DNA from: an uncultured virus (IMG/VR IMGVR_UViG_3300025122_005875)
Lineage: Duplodnaviria; Heunggongvirae; Uroviricota; Caudoviricetes
Virus record (IMG/VR): IMGVR_UViG_3300025122_005875
Reading direction: 5' to 3' (one strand)
DNA length: 64,000 bases
Of this stretch, positions 1-8,202 are shown piece after piece. Both the position numbers and the translations under genes were made by a program. Each line of letters begins with the position of its first letter. The stretch's first letter is position 1. The notes beneath the pieces were generated by a model that was not told where the DNA came from, made no database searches, and was given only the letters and a program-made list of their open reading frames with translations.

Positions 1-348
1 CCATTCACGGTAGGCGCCGCCGCCGGATGGGCTGGCCTTAGATATAAAAGGAGATGCAACGAAGGTATCCTGCTGAAACCACATACTAATACTAAAAGGA
101 CTGTCGCCGCCGGGAGCCGTGATTCCGTCGCCAGTACTAGATGTAAAATTATAACTGGTTGGGTTGGCTACTTTTAAGTAGGAATAATCAGGGGATCCCC
201 CATTGTTACCAATGTGTATAGAATAATTATTACTAAACCCTGTCACAAAATCAACACCATCTATAGATTCTATGTCATCTGCGTCGACGCCATTGATAGA
301 TTCTATATCAGCGATCGCGACTGCATTAACTTTACTAACTTCAGCCAT
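1..348 (-). CDS. Partial virion structural protein with LamG/concanavalin-like domain (runs off the window's left edge)
   Basis: Not in the ORF track. The ATG at 348 overlaps the TAA of the upstream gene and the frame is open to base 1: MAEVSKVNAVAIADIESINGVDADDIESIDGVDFVTGFSNNYSIHIG...SPFSISMWFQQ...REW. FSISMW is a typical LamG strand. Confidence 0.7.
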   Translation of the reverse strand, partial: MAEVSKVNAVAIADIESINGVDADDIESIDGVDFVTGFSNNYSIHIGNNGGSPDYSYLKVANPTSYNFTSSTGDGITAPGGDSPFSISMWFQQDTFVASPFISKASPSGGGAYREW

Positions 349-1007
349 TATGAAACCTCAATATAGGTGCTACTGGGATTAAAATAAATCAGATCAGTCG
401 TGCCCTCACCACAATATCCAATAACCCTTACAAAGGCTCCAGATGTTGTTGGCGCAGTGATGTCGCCGTTAGCATCAGTTTCACTAACATAGATCGCGGC
501 GCCTGGGGTCCAAGTTCCAACTAAATAACCAGTCATTTGAAAAAATCCTCGTAGTAACATCCCGTGTGTAGCAGGGTCCGTCCCCAATGCTATGCCTAAC
601 AGTTCTTTGGCTCCTTTGTTACCGCCCGGGGAAGCATCAGTTTCTGTCCATACTCCATCGGTTTTTAGGTAATAAAGTTTGCCCGCAACAGTCGTGCCCG
701 TGCCGAATGCGACACTCTCGCCTCCCCCCGTGTTAGGATCTAGGTCATCTAGATAACCATAGTTAACATCTAAGTGAACTTTTGGGAACTCATTCCCATA
801 GTGGTGTAACCCAATTCCCAACCCATCTCCATCCTCCGTGTCCCATACTAAATCTGCGGAGGCGCCAAACACGCCACCATTATTAAACTGAACCTGGGTG
901 TTGGAGCCGGCGGCTTTGGTAATACGGTCTTGATGTCTTCGTACAAACTCGATAAGATGCGCTCGACTTGTCGCCTCTGGGATTGGGGGCCGATTACTTC
1001 TGCTCAT
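348..1007 (-). CDS. Putative virion structural or decoration protein
   Basis: 219 aa, Gly/Thr-rich. It carries the GSNTQVQFNNGGVFG motif common in phage fibre proteins and a C-terminal beta-rich domain (LGIAL...GMLLRG...PGAAIYVSET...VRVIGY). Confidence 0.55.
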   Translation of the reverse strand: MSRSNRPPIPEATSRAHLIEFVRRHQDRITKAAGSNTQVQFNNGGVFGASADLVWDTEDGDGLGIGLHHYGNEFPKVHLDVNYGYLDDLDPNTGGGESVAFGTGTTVAGKLYYLKTDGVWTETDASPGGNKGAKELLGIALGTDPATHGMLLRGFFQMTGYLVGTWTPGAAIYVSETDANGDITAPTTSGAFVRVIGYCGEGTTDLIYFNPSSTYIEVS

Positions 1008-1471
1008 TTTACAATTTCAGTCGATAAGGCAAAAATACCTAACGAAGTGAGAGTTCCGATTCCAAATCCTAGCGCTACGAGCCAGGGTTCTTTCGTAGGG
1101 TTTTGTTTTAGTATAAGTTTCTCAAGGCGACTGTTTTCTGCTGTTTTCAGAATCATCATCGATTCATGCTTGTCTTTCCAAGACGCAATTTCAATATCCT
1201 TATAATCCAGTTGTAGTTGATACCGCTGTTCTTGTATGTGGAGCTCGTAGCCTATACGTAAATCGCACTCAGTGTTTTCAAACTTCTTGTCTACTACAAT
1301 TTTTGCAGCCGCGTCTAAGGTTAATAGGACTCCATCAAAAGGTGCAGGCTCTCCGGCCTTTATCGAGATTACATCATATTCCAGAGGGGCGCTTTCAGCT
1401 TCATCGGCGATGGCTGCGGCAGGACAAATCAAAAATGAAATTAAATAAAGCGCTATTATTTTCTTAACCAT
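1004..1471 (-). CDS. Exported membrane-anchored coiled-coil protein (spanin-like candidate)
   Basis: N-terminal signal peptide (MVKKIIALYLISFLICPAAAIA), central helical region and C-terminal TM helix (WLVALGFGIGTLTSLGIFAL). Confidence 0.5.
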   Translation of the reverse strand: MVKKIIALYLISFLICPAAAIADEAESAPLEYDVISIKAGEPAPFDGVLLTLDAAAKIVVDKKFENTECDLRIGYELHIQEQRYQLQLDYKDIEIASWKDKHESMMILKTAENSRLEKLILKQNPTKEPWLVALGFGIGTLTSLGIFALSTEIVK

Positions 1472-1880
1472 TTTTTATTCCAAAGGCTTCAGCTATGTCT
1501 TTGGCCAATTTCTCAGGATCATTATAGCTCTCATCGACCAATCTTTTAAGCTCGTCTTCTTTTTGTTTATCTAGACTTTCTCCTCTTTTTTTAAATTCTT
1601 CTTCAATCTCAGCCCGGCGTCTGACGTGTTCTTTCAGACGTTCGTTCTTATCATCAATTTCTTTATCGTGGATTCGTTCTAAAGTTTCTATTTCCTCATC
1701 ATGCGCTTGACGCTTGGCCTCCATCAAATCTAAAAGGCCCGCCAAAAAGGCACCATTACGCGTGAGTGCCCCCACTAAAGCCACCAAAATAAAGAGCAAG
1801 CCTAATACAATGGCCCACCAAAACTTTTTGGCCCAGGCCCAGCTTTTTTTAGCTATTAATTTTAACTTTAATAATGTCAC
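1464..1880 (-). CDS. Single-TM coiled-coil protein (i-spanin-like candidate)
   Basis: Basic N-terminus, TM helix (FWWAIVLGLLFILVALVGAL), then a long charged coiled coil. Confidence 0.5.
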   Translation of the reverse strand: MTLLKLKLIAKKSWAWAKKFWWAIVLGLLFILVALVGALTRNGAFLAGLLDLMEAKRQAHDEEIETLERIHDKEIDDKNERLKEHVRRRAEIEEEFKKRGESLDKQKEDELKRLVDESYNDPEKLAKDIAEAFGIKNG

Positions 1881-2068
1881 TATTTATAACCTTTCAGGCG
1901 AGCTACGGCATCAATGACCGTCTGTCCGCCAATATAAACGCAAGTAATAATTACCCAATCACCAGATGCTAAATCAGCGAAGAGTAACAACCCCGTGGCT
2001 GTAGTCCATGCCAGCAACTTACGCGATATCAGTTTATTCAATCCTTTATCTAGTATGTGTCTCATCAT
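1880..2068 (-). CDS. Small two-TM protein, holin-like
   Basis: The true start is probably MMRHILDK at 2068, preceded by SD GAGGAG, rather than 2167. It is 62 aa with an SRKL motif, two hydrophobic segments and a basic C-terminus. Confidence 0.55.
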   Translation of the reverse strand: MMRHILDKGLNKLISRKLLAWTTATGLLLFADLASGDWVIITCVYIGGQTVIDAVARLKGYK

Positions 2069-2083
2069 CTCTAACTCCTCTTG

Positions 2084-2093
2084 TCTAATTAGA
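2084..2093. promoter_or_regulatory. Palindromic candidate late-promoter motif TCTAATTAGA between divergent genes
   Basis: Perfect 10-bp palindrome in a 39-bp divergent gap. It matches the CTA(A/T)TTA motif seen upstream of other late-type genes. Confidence 0.4.
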
Positions 2094-2107
2094 TTGGAAT
2101 CAAAAGT

Positions 2108-2821
2108 ATGTCTAAACAACTTAAATACAAACTCAAAAAAACCCTCAAAAAAGCTGAATTTGTGCATGCGGACCTAGAATACCATAAAGAATTGTCAGGG
2201 GAGGCCATCAAAGGATTCCAAGACGAAGTCAATAGACTTGTGGACCTCCTCACTGATGAACAAAAAAAAGAAATTCAGCGTTTCGTCGACGAACATGTGG
2301 CGCAAAAAAGAGCGGTTAAGGCTGAAAAAGAAGCATCAGCACAAAATACTGATCCAATTGAAACCTCGGATTGTACCGATATAGTATGCACTGACCTGGA
2401 GCCAGAACCAAATTCTCCCAATATCGGATCAGAAGAGGGTCCCACCAAAATTCATGAACTTAAAAAATTATTTCGGCGTATTGCGGAGCAGACTCACCCC
2501 GATAAAGTAAGAGCTAGCGGGTTTTCTGATAAAGAAGTGGCGCGACTAGAACAAATATTTATGCGCGCTAAGGTGGCTTACGACCATGAAAATTGGTATA
2601 TTCTTTATTCTATTGCGCTCGACTTGGGGCTTGAAATACCAGACCCCAGTAATCTACAGATTCAATGGATCGAGGACGATATCCATCAAACCTTGGGGAG
2701 AATAGCTAAAGTCGCTCAGCTGACCGCATGGCAGTGGTATATTGGAAATGAGCTCCAGAAAAATATGGCCCTTAAGCATTTCTTTATGCAATCCTATGGG
2801 TTTGACCACCCCGATCTATAA
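2108..2821 (+). CDS. J-domain (DnaJ-like) co-chaperone protein
   Basis: ELKKLFRRIAEQTHPDKV...FMRAKVAYD matches J-domain helix II, the HPD motif and helix III. It is the only credible plus-strand gene. Confidence 0.8.
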   Translation: MSKQLKYKLKKTLKKAEFVHADLEYHKELSGEAIKGFQDEVNRLVDLLTDEQKKEIQRFVDEHVAQKRAVKAEKEASAQNTDPIETSDCTDIVCTDLEPEPNSPNIGSEEGPTKIHELKKLFRRIAEQTHPDKVRASGFSDKEVARLEQIFMRAKVAYDHENWYILYSIALDLGLEIPDPSNLQIQWIEDDIHQTLGRIAKVAQLTAWQWYIGNELQKNMALKHFFMQSYGFDHPDL

Positions 2822-2827
2822 CGTGTT

Positions 2828-5800
2828 CTATTGACTCACCCGAGCATACCCATTGGTTTTATCAATGGTTATTTCTACGTCGACGATATCTTTAAGAGAA
2901 TCTAGATGAGAAATTAAAATAACGGTCTTAAAATACATCTTAATGAGCTGCAAAATTCTAATAAATCCCTCCATATTTTCTGCATCAAGGGACGTCCCTG
3001 GCTCATCCAGTATAAAAATATTTCCTTTTGGTAACGACGAAACAGAAAGAAGTGCCAAACGAATTGCCATCGCCGCTACTGTTTTCTCAGCGCCAGAACC
3101 CATTTCGATGGGGCGCGCTTCATGGTTGGGGTGTTTAATAAGAATATCAAGTTTGCGGCCGTCTTCCTGAAAGACCACATCGAAATCCACGATATTAGAT
3201 AAAACCTTGGCCACTTCTCCATTAATAACCGGCAAGCGCTTTTTAATGATATCATAAGCAATTCCATTAGAATGAGTGCATCTCATAAACAAATCATAAG
3301 CTGCATATTCTTCGCGAATATTCTCTAAGTCGCGCTTTTTCTCTAACAAATCTCTCACTTTTTGCTCAAGTGATCCAATTTGACGATGGTGCTGATTAAT
3401 TCGGTCCACGGCCCACTCAATAGATTCCGCCGACTGTGTGATAACTTTCTCCACATCATTTCGAGCGCTTAAGAGATTTTCAATATTTCGAATTAAATCC
3501 TTTTTCTCTTCATAAAAATCTATTTGTGTATTCGTACTTTCAAGATCGATTCGATAGGATTTAATCTTCGCGTACAACTTTTCAATTGATACTCTGTTGT
3601 CTCGTTTTTCAATTTCAATATTGTTTTTCTTAATAATGATGGCATTATATTTATCAATAACCTCTATCATTTCCCCCGAGTTCACCGAAACAACATGCGT
3701 TTTATATTTTTTGGCCTCCTCAATACGATCAACAATCTCCACTTCTAAAGATGGGATCTCGATGGCGGCCAGATGAGCATCACGAATAAATTGACACATA
3801 GGAAACCGATCTCCACAAGGTACCTCATCCAACAAATCAATTTTTTTACTCATTGCTTTATATTCGTTATCCATGAGGCGCGCCCGGTTGACTGTATCAT
3901 CATATTTTTGTTTAAAATCGTCATACTTTTTCTTCTTCTCAAGCATATCCTCAATATCGATAGTGGTAAGAAAATCATCATACTCTTTAAGTTTCAGGTC
4001 ATACTCGCCTATTTCTTCTTTAAGCTCCGCTATATTGAGAGTCGTAGCTTCTATCTTTTCTTCTAATGACACTCTTGTTTCTAGAAGCGCCCTAATATCT
4101 AACCGTTCGGCGGGGATCGATTCAATTTGCGTAGTTAAGGCCTCATATTCATCCTGGGCGACCACAAGCTGCTTTCTCAATTCTGTACACAGGAGCAATT
4201 CGTTACTTAAATCTCTGTGGGCCTCGTTATGCTGAAGCTCGGCAAGTGCAATATCGTTTTGGTAGTCTACGTCTCCCACGCGGCGCAGGAGGCCCTTAAG
4301 ATCAGCGCAATCCTCGAGAGCTAATTTAAATTTCCTCTCAAAAATATCTAAATCCAAAAACTTGGCCAATATTTCTTTGCGGCGAGTGGATCCTTCCTTT
4401 ATAAAAGATAGACTATCGAGCTGACTCGACATAGAAGTAAGTAGAAAATCTTCAACGGTCCCGAAACGCTTTCTAATGTGTGCGTCTGTCTCAGCCCGGG
4501 TCGTCCCATTCAGGCTCACTTCTTCTCCGGTGGCGCGGTCGGTGCCGCTAAAATCAAGAGCAGTTCGTGCCTCATTGGTGACCTCCCCCTTTAATTTCTT
4601 CACATATTTTTCAGAGGCCCTGTCAATTGTATAGGTTTTCTCACCCACCTGAAGTTCTACGCGGCCGCGGCAATCTTTCTTATTTTGGTTGATAATATTA
4701 TAATTTTTGCGTTCGTTCTTAGAGGTAGTATTAAACATCGTGTACAGTAACCCATCGATAATACTAGACTTTCCAGAGAAGTTCTTCCCAAAAATCCCAA
4801 CAATTCCGTTTAAGTTTGTAAAGTCGATACTGTTATCAGAACCATAATTGAAAAGATTATCCCACTCAAACTTGTTGATATTCCAATTAACGTTTCGTGC
4901 AACTTCTTCCGTTTCCTCAATCTGAGAATTGTACTTTCGATTCAACTCAAAGACTCGTTCGAGCATACCCTCGCTGGGATCATAATCTACAAGATATTCG
5001 CGGATCAGGTTTTCTTGAACCCCCTTGTCTCTAAGATTCTCTACTTTAAAGCCTGCACCAATTTCAACTGTTCCGCGTTCACCAGCGGCACGATTAAGAA
5101 AGGTAATGCTTTCGGGTCCAAAGCGATGCTTCGCAACCTCCACAGCCTTGCGCATCACATCAAGCGGCAAATTATTATTACTCACAAGACGCAAGCGCGC
5201 ACCGGCAGGAATCTTGGTGCCCCGGGGCATACGCCCCTTTGGCGTGAGTTCAATTGTTACGAATGGTTTGGGGTTGAGCAAAACATGATGACTCACGCGA
5301 AACTCATCTTTGTCTTCAATTTCCCAAATCAGAAATCCTTTATCATTTGTCTCGCCGTGATTCTGCTGAACCGTCGAGCCGCAATACCTCACGCGGCCAT
5401 CGGAATCTAGGATTTGATTGGTCTTGTGGATATCTCCAAGTAACGCATAGTCGTGACCAGCAAAAACTCCAATGTCGTGATCGCCGTGAGTCATCACCCA
5501 GCCGGTGTCAGTTTTGACGCCAGACACGGAGCCGTGATAAAGTGCGATATTAATCCGTGAGTTGTCACTTGGCGCAACCCAATTATCCTCGTCAAATACA
5601 GATAGCACGTTAAAGGCAATGTCCGGGCCTACAAGGACTTCTCCCGCATTCTTAAGCAGATGTAGGTCCGGCAGATTTAAAGCCTTTACAATCGGTGTGA
5701 GGGCGTCCTGACGCGTGCTATTCTTCAAGTTGCCGTCGTGGTTGCCCAAGATGATGTATGTGGGCGCGATGCTGGCCAGGTTAGCGAAGAAGTCGGAGCA

Positions 5801-5980
5801 AAGCTCAACAAACTCTGGTGAAATCTGGGTCTTGGTGTGGGCGATGTCGCCACAGTGTACGATGTAATCTACGTTTTCGTTTCGTAGTGTTTCATATAAT
5901 TGATCGAATACGATCTTATACTCGTAATGAAACTTTAAATTCTTTATGTGCGTGTCCGCAATATGCGCTATCTTGTACAA
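2828..5980 (-). CDS. Fused Mre11/SbcD nuclease and Rad50/SbcC ATPase (T4 gp47-gp46-like)
   Basis: Metallophosphoesterase motifs ADTH, CGDIAH, GNHD, LYHG, LGDIH. Walker A GKNFSGKSS, coiled coil, signature GSGAE, Walker B/D-loop FILDEPGTSLD, H-loop LISH. TTG start with SD AGGGGA at 5988-5993. Confidence 0.93.
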   Translation of the reverse strand: MYKIAHIADTHIKNLKFHYEYKIVFDQLYETLRNENVDYIVHCGDIAHTKTQISPEFVELCSDFFANLASIAPTYIILGNHDGNLKNSTRQDALTPIVKALNLPDLHLLKNAGEVLVGPDIAFNVLSVFDEDNWVAPSDNSRINIALYHGSVSGVKTDTGWVMTHGDHDIGVFAGHDYALLGDIHKTNQILDSDGRVRYCGSTVQQNHGETNDKGFLIWEIEDKDEFRVSHHVLLNPKPFVTIELTPKGRMPRGTKIPAGARLRLVSNNNLPLDVMRKAVEVAKHRFGPESITFLNRAAGERGTVEIGAGFKVENLRDKGVQENLIREYLVDYDPSEGMLERVFELNRKYNSQIEETEEVARNVNWNINKFEWDNLFNYGSDNSIDFTNLNGIVGIFGKNFSGKSSIIDGLLYTMFNTTSKNERKNYNIINQNKKDCRGRVELQVGEKTYTIDRASEKYVKKLKGEVTNEARTALDFSGTDRATGEEVSLNGTTRAETDAHIRKRFGTVEDFLLTSMSSQLDSLSFIKEGSTRRKEILAKFLDLDIFERKFKLALEDCADLKGLLRRVGDVDYQNDIALAELQHNEAHRDLSNELLLCTELRKQLVVAQDEYEALTTQIESIPAERLDIRALLETRVSLEEKIEATTLNIAELKEEIGEYDLKLKEYDDFLTTIDIEDMLEKKKKYDDFKQKYDDTVNRARLMDNEYKAMSKKIDLLDEVPCGDRFPMCQFIRDAHLAAIEIPSLEVEIVDRIEEAKKYKTHVVSVNSGEMIEVIDKYNAIIIKKNNIEIEKRDNRVSIEKLYAKIKSYRIDLESTNTQIDFYEEKKDLIRNIENLLSARNDVEKVITQSAESIEWAVDRINQHHRQIGSLEQKVRDLLEKKRDLENIREEYAAYDLFMRCTHSNGIAYDIIKKRLPVINGEVAKVLSNIVDFDVVFQEDGRKLDILIKHPNHEARPIEMGSGAEKTVAAMAIRLALLSVSSLPKGNIFILDEPGTSLDAENMEGFIRILQLIKMYFKTVILISHLDSLKDIVDVEITIDKTNGYARVSQ

Positions 5981-5987
5981 ACAGTTA

Positions 5988-6025
5988 TCCCCTAGACTAT
6001 GATACTAGTATACAGGCTAAGGGGA
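5988..6025 (-). promoter_or_regulatory. RBS-sequestering hairpin
   Basis: Minus strand TCCCCTTAGCCTGTATACTAGTATCATAGTCTAGGGGA folds into a long imperfect stem that pairs TCCCCT with the SD AGGGGA. Confidence 0.55.
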
Positions 6026-6036
6026 GGGCATGTCAA
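6007..6036 (-). promoter_or_regulatory. Sigma70-type promoter for the Mre11-Rad50 gene
   Basis: Minus strand reads TTGACA (6036-6031), an 18-nt spacer, then TATACT (6012-6007), with an A-rich tract just upstream. Confidence 0.7.
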
Positions 6037-6470
6037 GTCTTTTTTTTCTTTTTCGTGAGTCTTGCGATTTGATCCATCTTTTCTCTGTTTGTCATGGGTA
6101 GATCACTATCTTCCTCACGCCAGCCCCAGCCTTCTTCAAGCCCAAAACTTTCCGCGGCGTACAGAGCATAAATGCCAGCATGACCCGGGGCCAATCCCAA
6201 ATCAATGAAATGCTGCTTAATGGTATCATATTCCGAAGGAACCTCATTGTCTCTTAAATACTGTGCAAACGCGTCTGTCATCGCCAGGAAAGGCCTTGTT
6301 ACAGTCATTGCTTCTTCGGACGGATCTGAGGGGTCTTCCTCTTCGGGCTGTGGGATATCTTCAATCTCTACGCCGCGGCGTTCAGCGTCGGGCAGTGCAT
6401 CTTCGTTACTTTCCAGCAAAAACAGCTCTTCCTTGATAATCTCTTTAAGTCTTTGTTTTGTGATTTTCAT
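6033..6470 (-). CDS. MKITKQRLKEIIKEE-leader family protein 6 (acidic, basic tail)
   Basis: 145 aa with the shared leader and an AGAGG SD upstream. Confidence 0.8.
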   Translation of the reverse strand: MKITKQRLKEIIKEELFLLESNEDALPDAERRGVEIEDIPQPEEEDPSDPSEEAMTVTRPFLAMTDAFAQYLRDNEVPSEYDTIKQHFIDLGLAPGHAGIYALYAAESFGLEEGWGWREEDSDLPMTNREKMDQIARLTKKKKKT

Positions 6471-6473
6471 TTT

Positions 6474-6806
6474 TTATCCTCTGAACGAAGGTTCCATCCA
6501 TTCTTCTGTGTCGACCTTAAGAATGTCGAAATTAAACTCCTTGTCTTTGCGCAGAGTTTTAATAAGATCCATAAGTTTTCTGCCGGATGGGGTGACTCCA
6601 GTGGTGGCGGCCAGGTGCCTCTGACGTAGGTCGGCATATAATTCTGGAGAAAATGTTCCCTCTTCCTTCATGCGTCGAAGCGTGTTGAGGAAGGCGCCGT
6701 TCCAAGCGTCCCAACTATTGAGTCCTTTGACGGGGCGCGAGTCATCAAAAGACCGCGATAGCTCTTCCTTGATAATCTCTTTTAGTCTTTGTTTGGTGAT
6801 TTTCAT
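6474..6806 (-). CDS. MKITKQRLKEIIKEE-leader family protein 5
   Basis: 110 aa with the shared leader; ATGA overlap with the upstream gene. Confidence 0.8.
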   Translation of the reverse strand: MKITKQRLKEIIKEELSRSFDDSRPVKGLNSWDAWNGAFLNTLRRMKEEGTFSPELYADLRQRHLAATTGVTPSGRKLMDLIKTLRKDKEFNFDILKVDTEEWMEPSFRG

Positions 6807-7051
6807 ATTGAGTGAGCATCCTGATCGCTCTGTTCTTTGCCAGTAACAGCCTCGAAGTGCCAGTCTTGTGTTAAACGTGCAAGTTCTTTCTGCAATTCAC
6901 TCAAACGGTCAGTAATGCTTCCCAAAGCCCGCAGTATAGGAGGCACTTTGTGCGTCTTACGAAATGCAAAAGTTTCGGCTGCATCTTCGGCGATAACAGC
7001 CGATATCTCTTCCTTGATAATCTCTTTGAGTTTTTGTTTGGTTAGTTTCAT
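6803..7051 (-). CDS. Leader family protein 4 (MKLTKQKLKEIIKEE)
   Basis: 82 aa with a leader variant and a short coiled coil; ATGA overlap. Confidence 0.8.
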   Translation of the reverse strand: MKLTKQKLKEIIKEEISAVIAEDAAETFAFRKTHKVPPILRALGSITDRLSELQKELARLTQDWHFEAVTGKEQSDQDAHSI

Positions 7052-7362
7052 GGCGTCGTCGACCTGTACGCCGTCGACCAGCCGCCGGTTCCTCTGGGAT
7101 CCCAGCGCGCCCCGTCCGGATCGCCGACGACCTCGAAGCGCCTTCGGACTTGGTCATCAGTAAGACCATACTGTTCTTTTAGTTCGTATAGCGCCTCGAT
7201 GGTGCGCGTAGCTACTATTTCTATTACTGATGGGCGATCTGGAGTACTAAAACCGCCCGCCTTCTTGTCCCGGAACTTAAACAATCTTTCTTCAGCTTCT
7301 GTCATTAGAGAACTCATCTCTTCCTTGATAATCTCTTTAAGTCTTTGTTTGGTGATTTTCAT
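7048..7362 (-). CDS. MKITKQRLKEIIKEE-leader family protein 3
   Basis: 104 aa with the shared leader; TAATG overlap. Confidence 0.8.
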   Translation of the reverse strand: MKITKQRLKEIIKEEMSSLMTEAEERLFKFRDKKAGGFSTPDRPSVIEIVATRTIEALYELKEQYGLTDDQVRRRFEVVGDPDGARWDPRGTGGWSTAYRSTTP

Positions 7363-8177
7363 TACTTTTCCTCTTTTGCTTTCTTCTCTCTTTTTTCTTT
7401 CTCTTTTGCTTTCTTCTCTCTTTTTTCTTTCTCTTTTGCTATATGTGCTTGTGAAGCGCGATCGACAGCCTGAACCCGGGGATCGGCTTTTTTCTCTTGT
7501 GTCTTTCTCCTACTCTCAGCCCGTTCTCGCTTTGTTCTCTGCGCGGCAGTTTCGCGGGCCTCCTCCAATTCGGTTAGCACGTCAGCTATGGGTACAATCG
7601 TAACAGGGATATGGCCATGCTGGAGCACCCGGGATTTGCCATCCATGGCGGCATCGGCGGTCTTATATTTATGAGCATTTTCTAAGGGACTCCAGGCCGG
7701 GATTAGCGTTCTCCCTTTGCGCTTTAAAATACGAAAGAATTCCTTATCGGCGCCGGCGCCGGACCTTCGCAGCACGAAAGGCGCTTGATCGTCGGTTAAT
7801 TTCAGATCCGGGTCAAGGCGCTCGTGTTCGGCAAGTACCTTCCTAACCATTTGGCGGATAGTTTCTTGGAAGCCGACGGGGTCGCCCTGCTTCTTTGACG
7901 CGCCGACCTTGGCAGCGCGGCGGAATGGGGCGCCGCCAGGATCAATCTCCACTGCAACGCCTTGAGACTCGGGGTCGGCTTCTATAAAATCATACGCCCG
8001 ATCTACAATGGCTCCGTATATGTCCTCGCCAAAATCTGAGTCCATAAGAAGCTTGGCAATCTGCCAGCCTAAACCTTCGCGATCAGACGCTGGCTCACAT
8101 ATTGGGGGACCTTCCTCCGGAGCTTCCGTAAGCTCTTCCTTGATAATCTCTTTTAGTCTTTGTTTGGTGATTTTCAT
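7362..8177 (-). CDS. MKITKQRLKEIIKEE-leader family protein 2 (highly charged tail)
   Basis: 271 aa with the shared leader and a K/E/R-rich C-terminus. Confidence 0.8.
   Translation of the reverse strand: MKITKQRLKEIIKEELTEAPEEGPPICEPASDREGLGWQIAKLLMDSDFGEDIYGAIVDRAYDFIEADPESQGVAVEIDPGGAPFRRAAKVGASKKQGDPVGFQETIRQMVRKVLAEHERLDPDLKLTDDQAPFVLRRSGAGADKEFFRILKRKGRTLIPAWSPLENAHKYKTADAAMDGKSRVLQHGHIPVTIVPIADVLTELEEARETAAQRTKRERAESRRKTQEKKADPRVQAVDRASQAHIAKEKEKREKKAKEKEKREKKAKEEK
7371..7440. repeat. Perfect 30-bp tandem repeat (2.3 copies)
   Basis: Unit ctcttttgctttcttctctcttttttcttt, encoding AKEKEKREKK on the minus strand. Confidence 0.95.
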
Positions 8178-8202
8178 TTTTTACCCTCTTCTTACCCGAT
8201 CA

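Noticed and set aside
1880..2167. Long 95-aa version of the holin-like ORF
   Set aside because: It would overlap the J-domain gene head-to-head; a strong SD supports the start at 2068.
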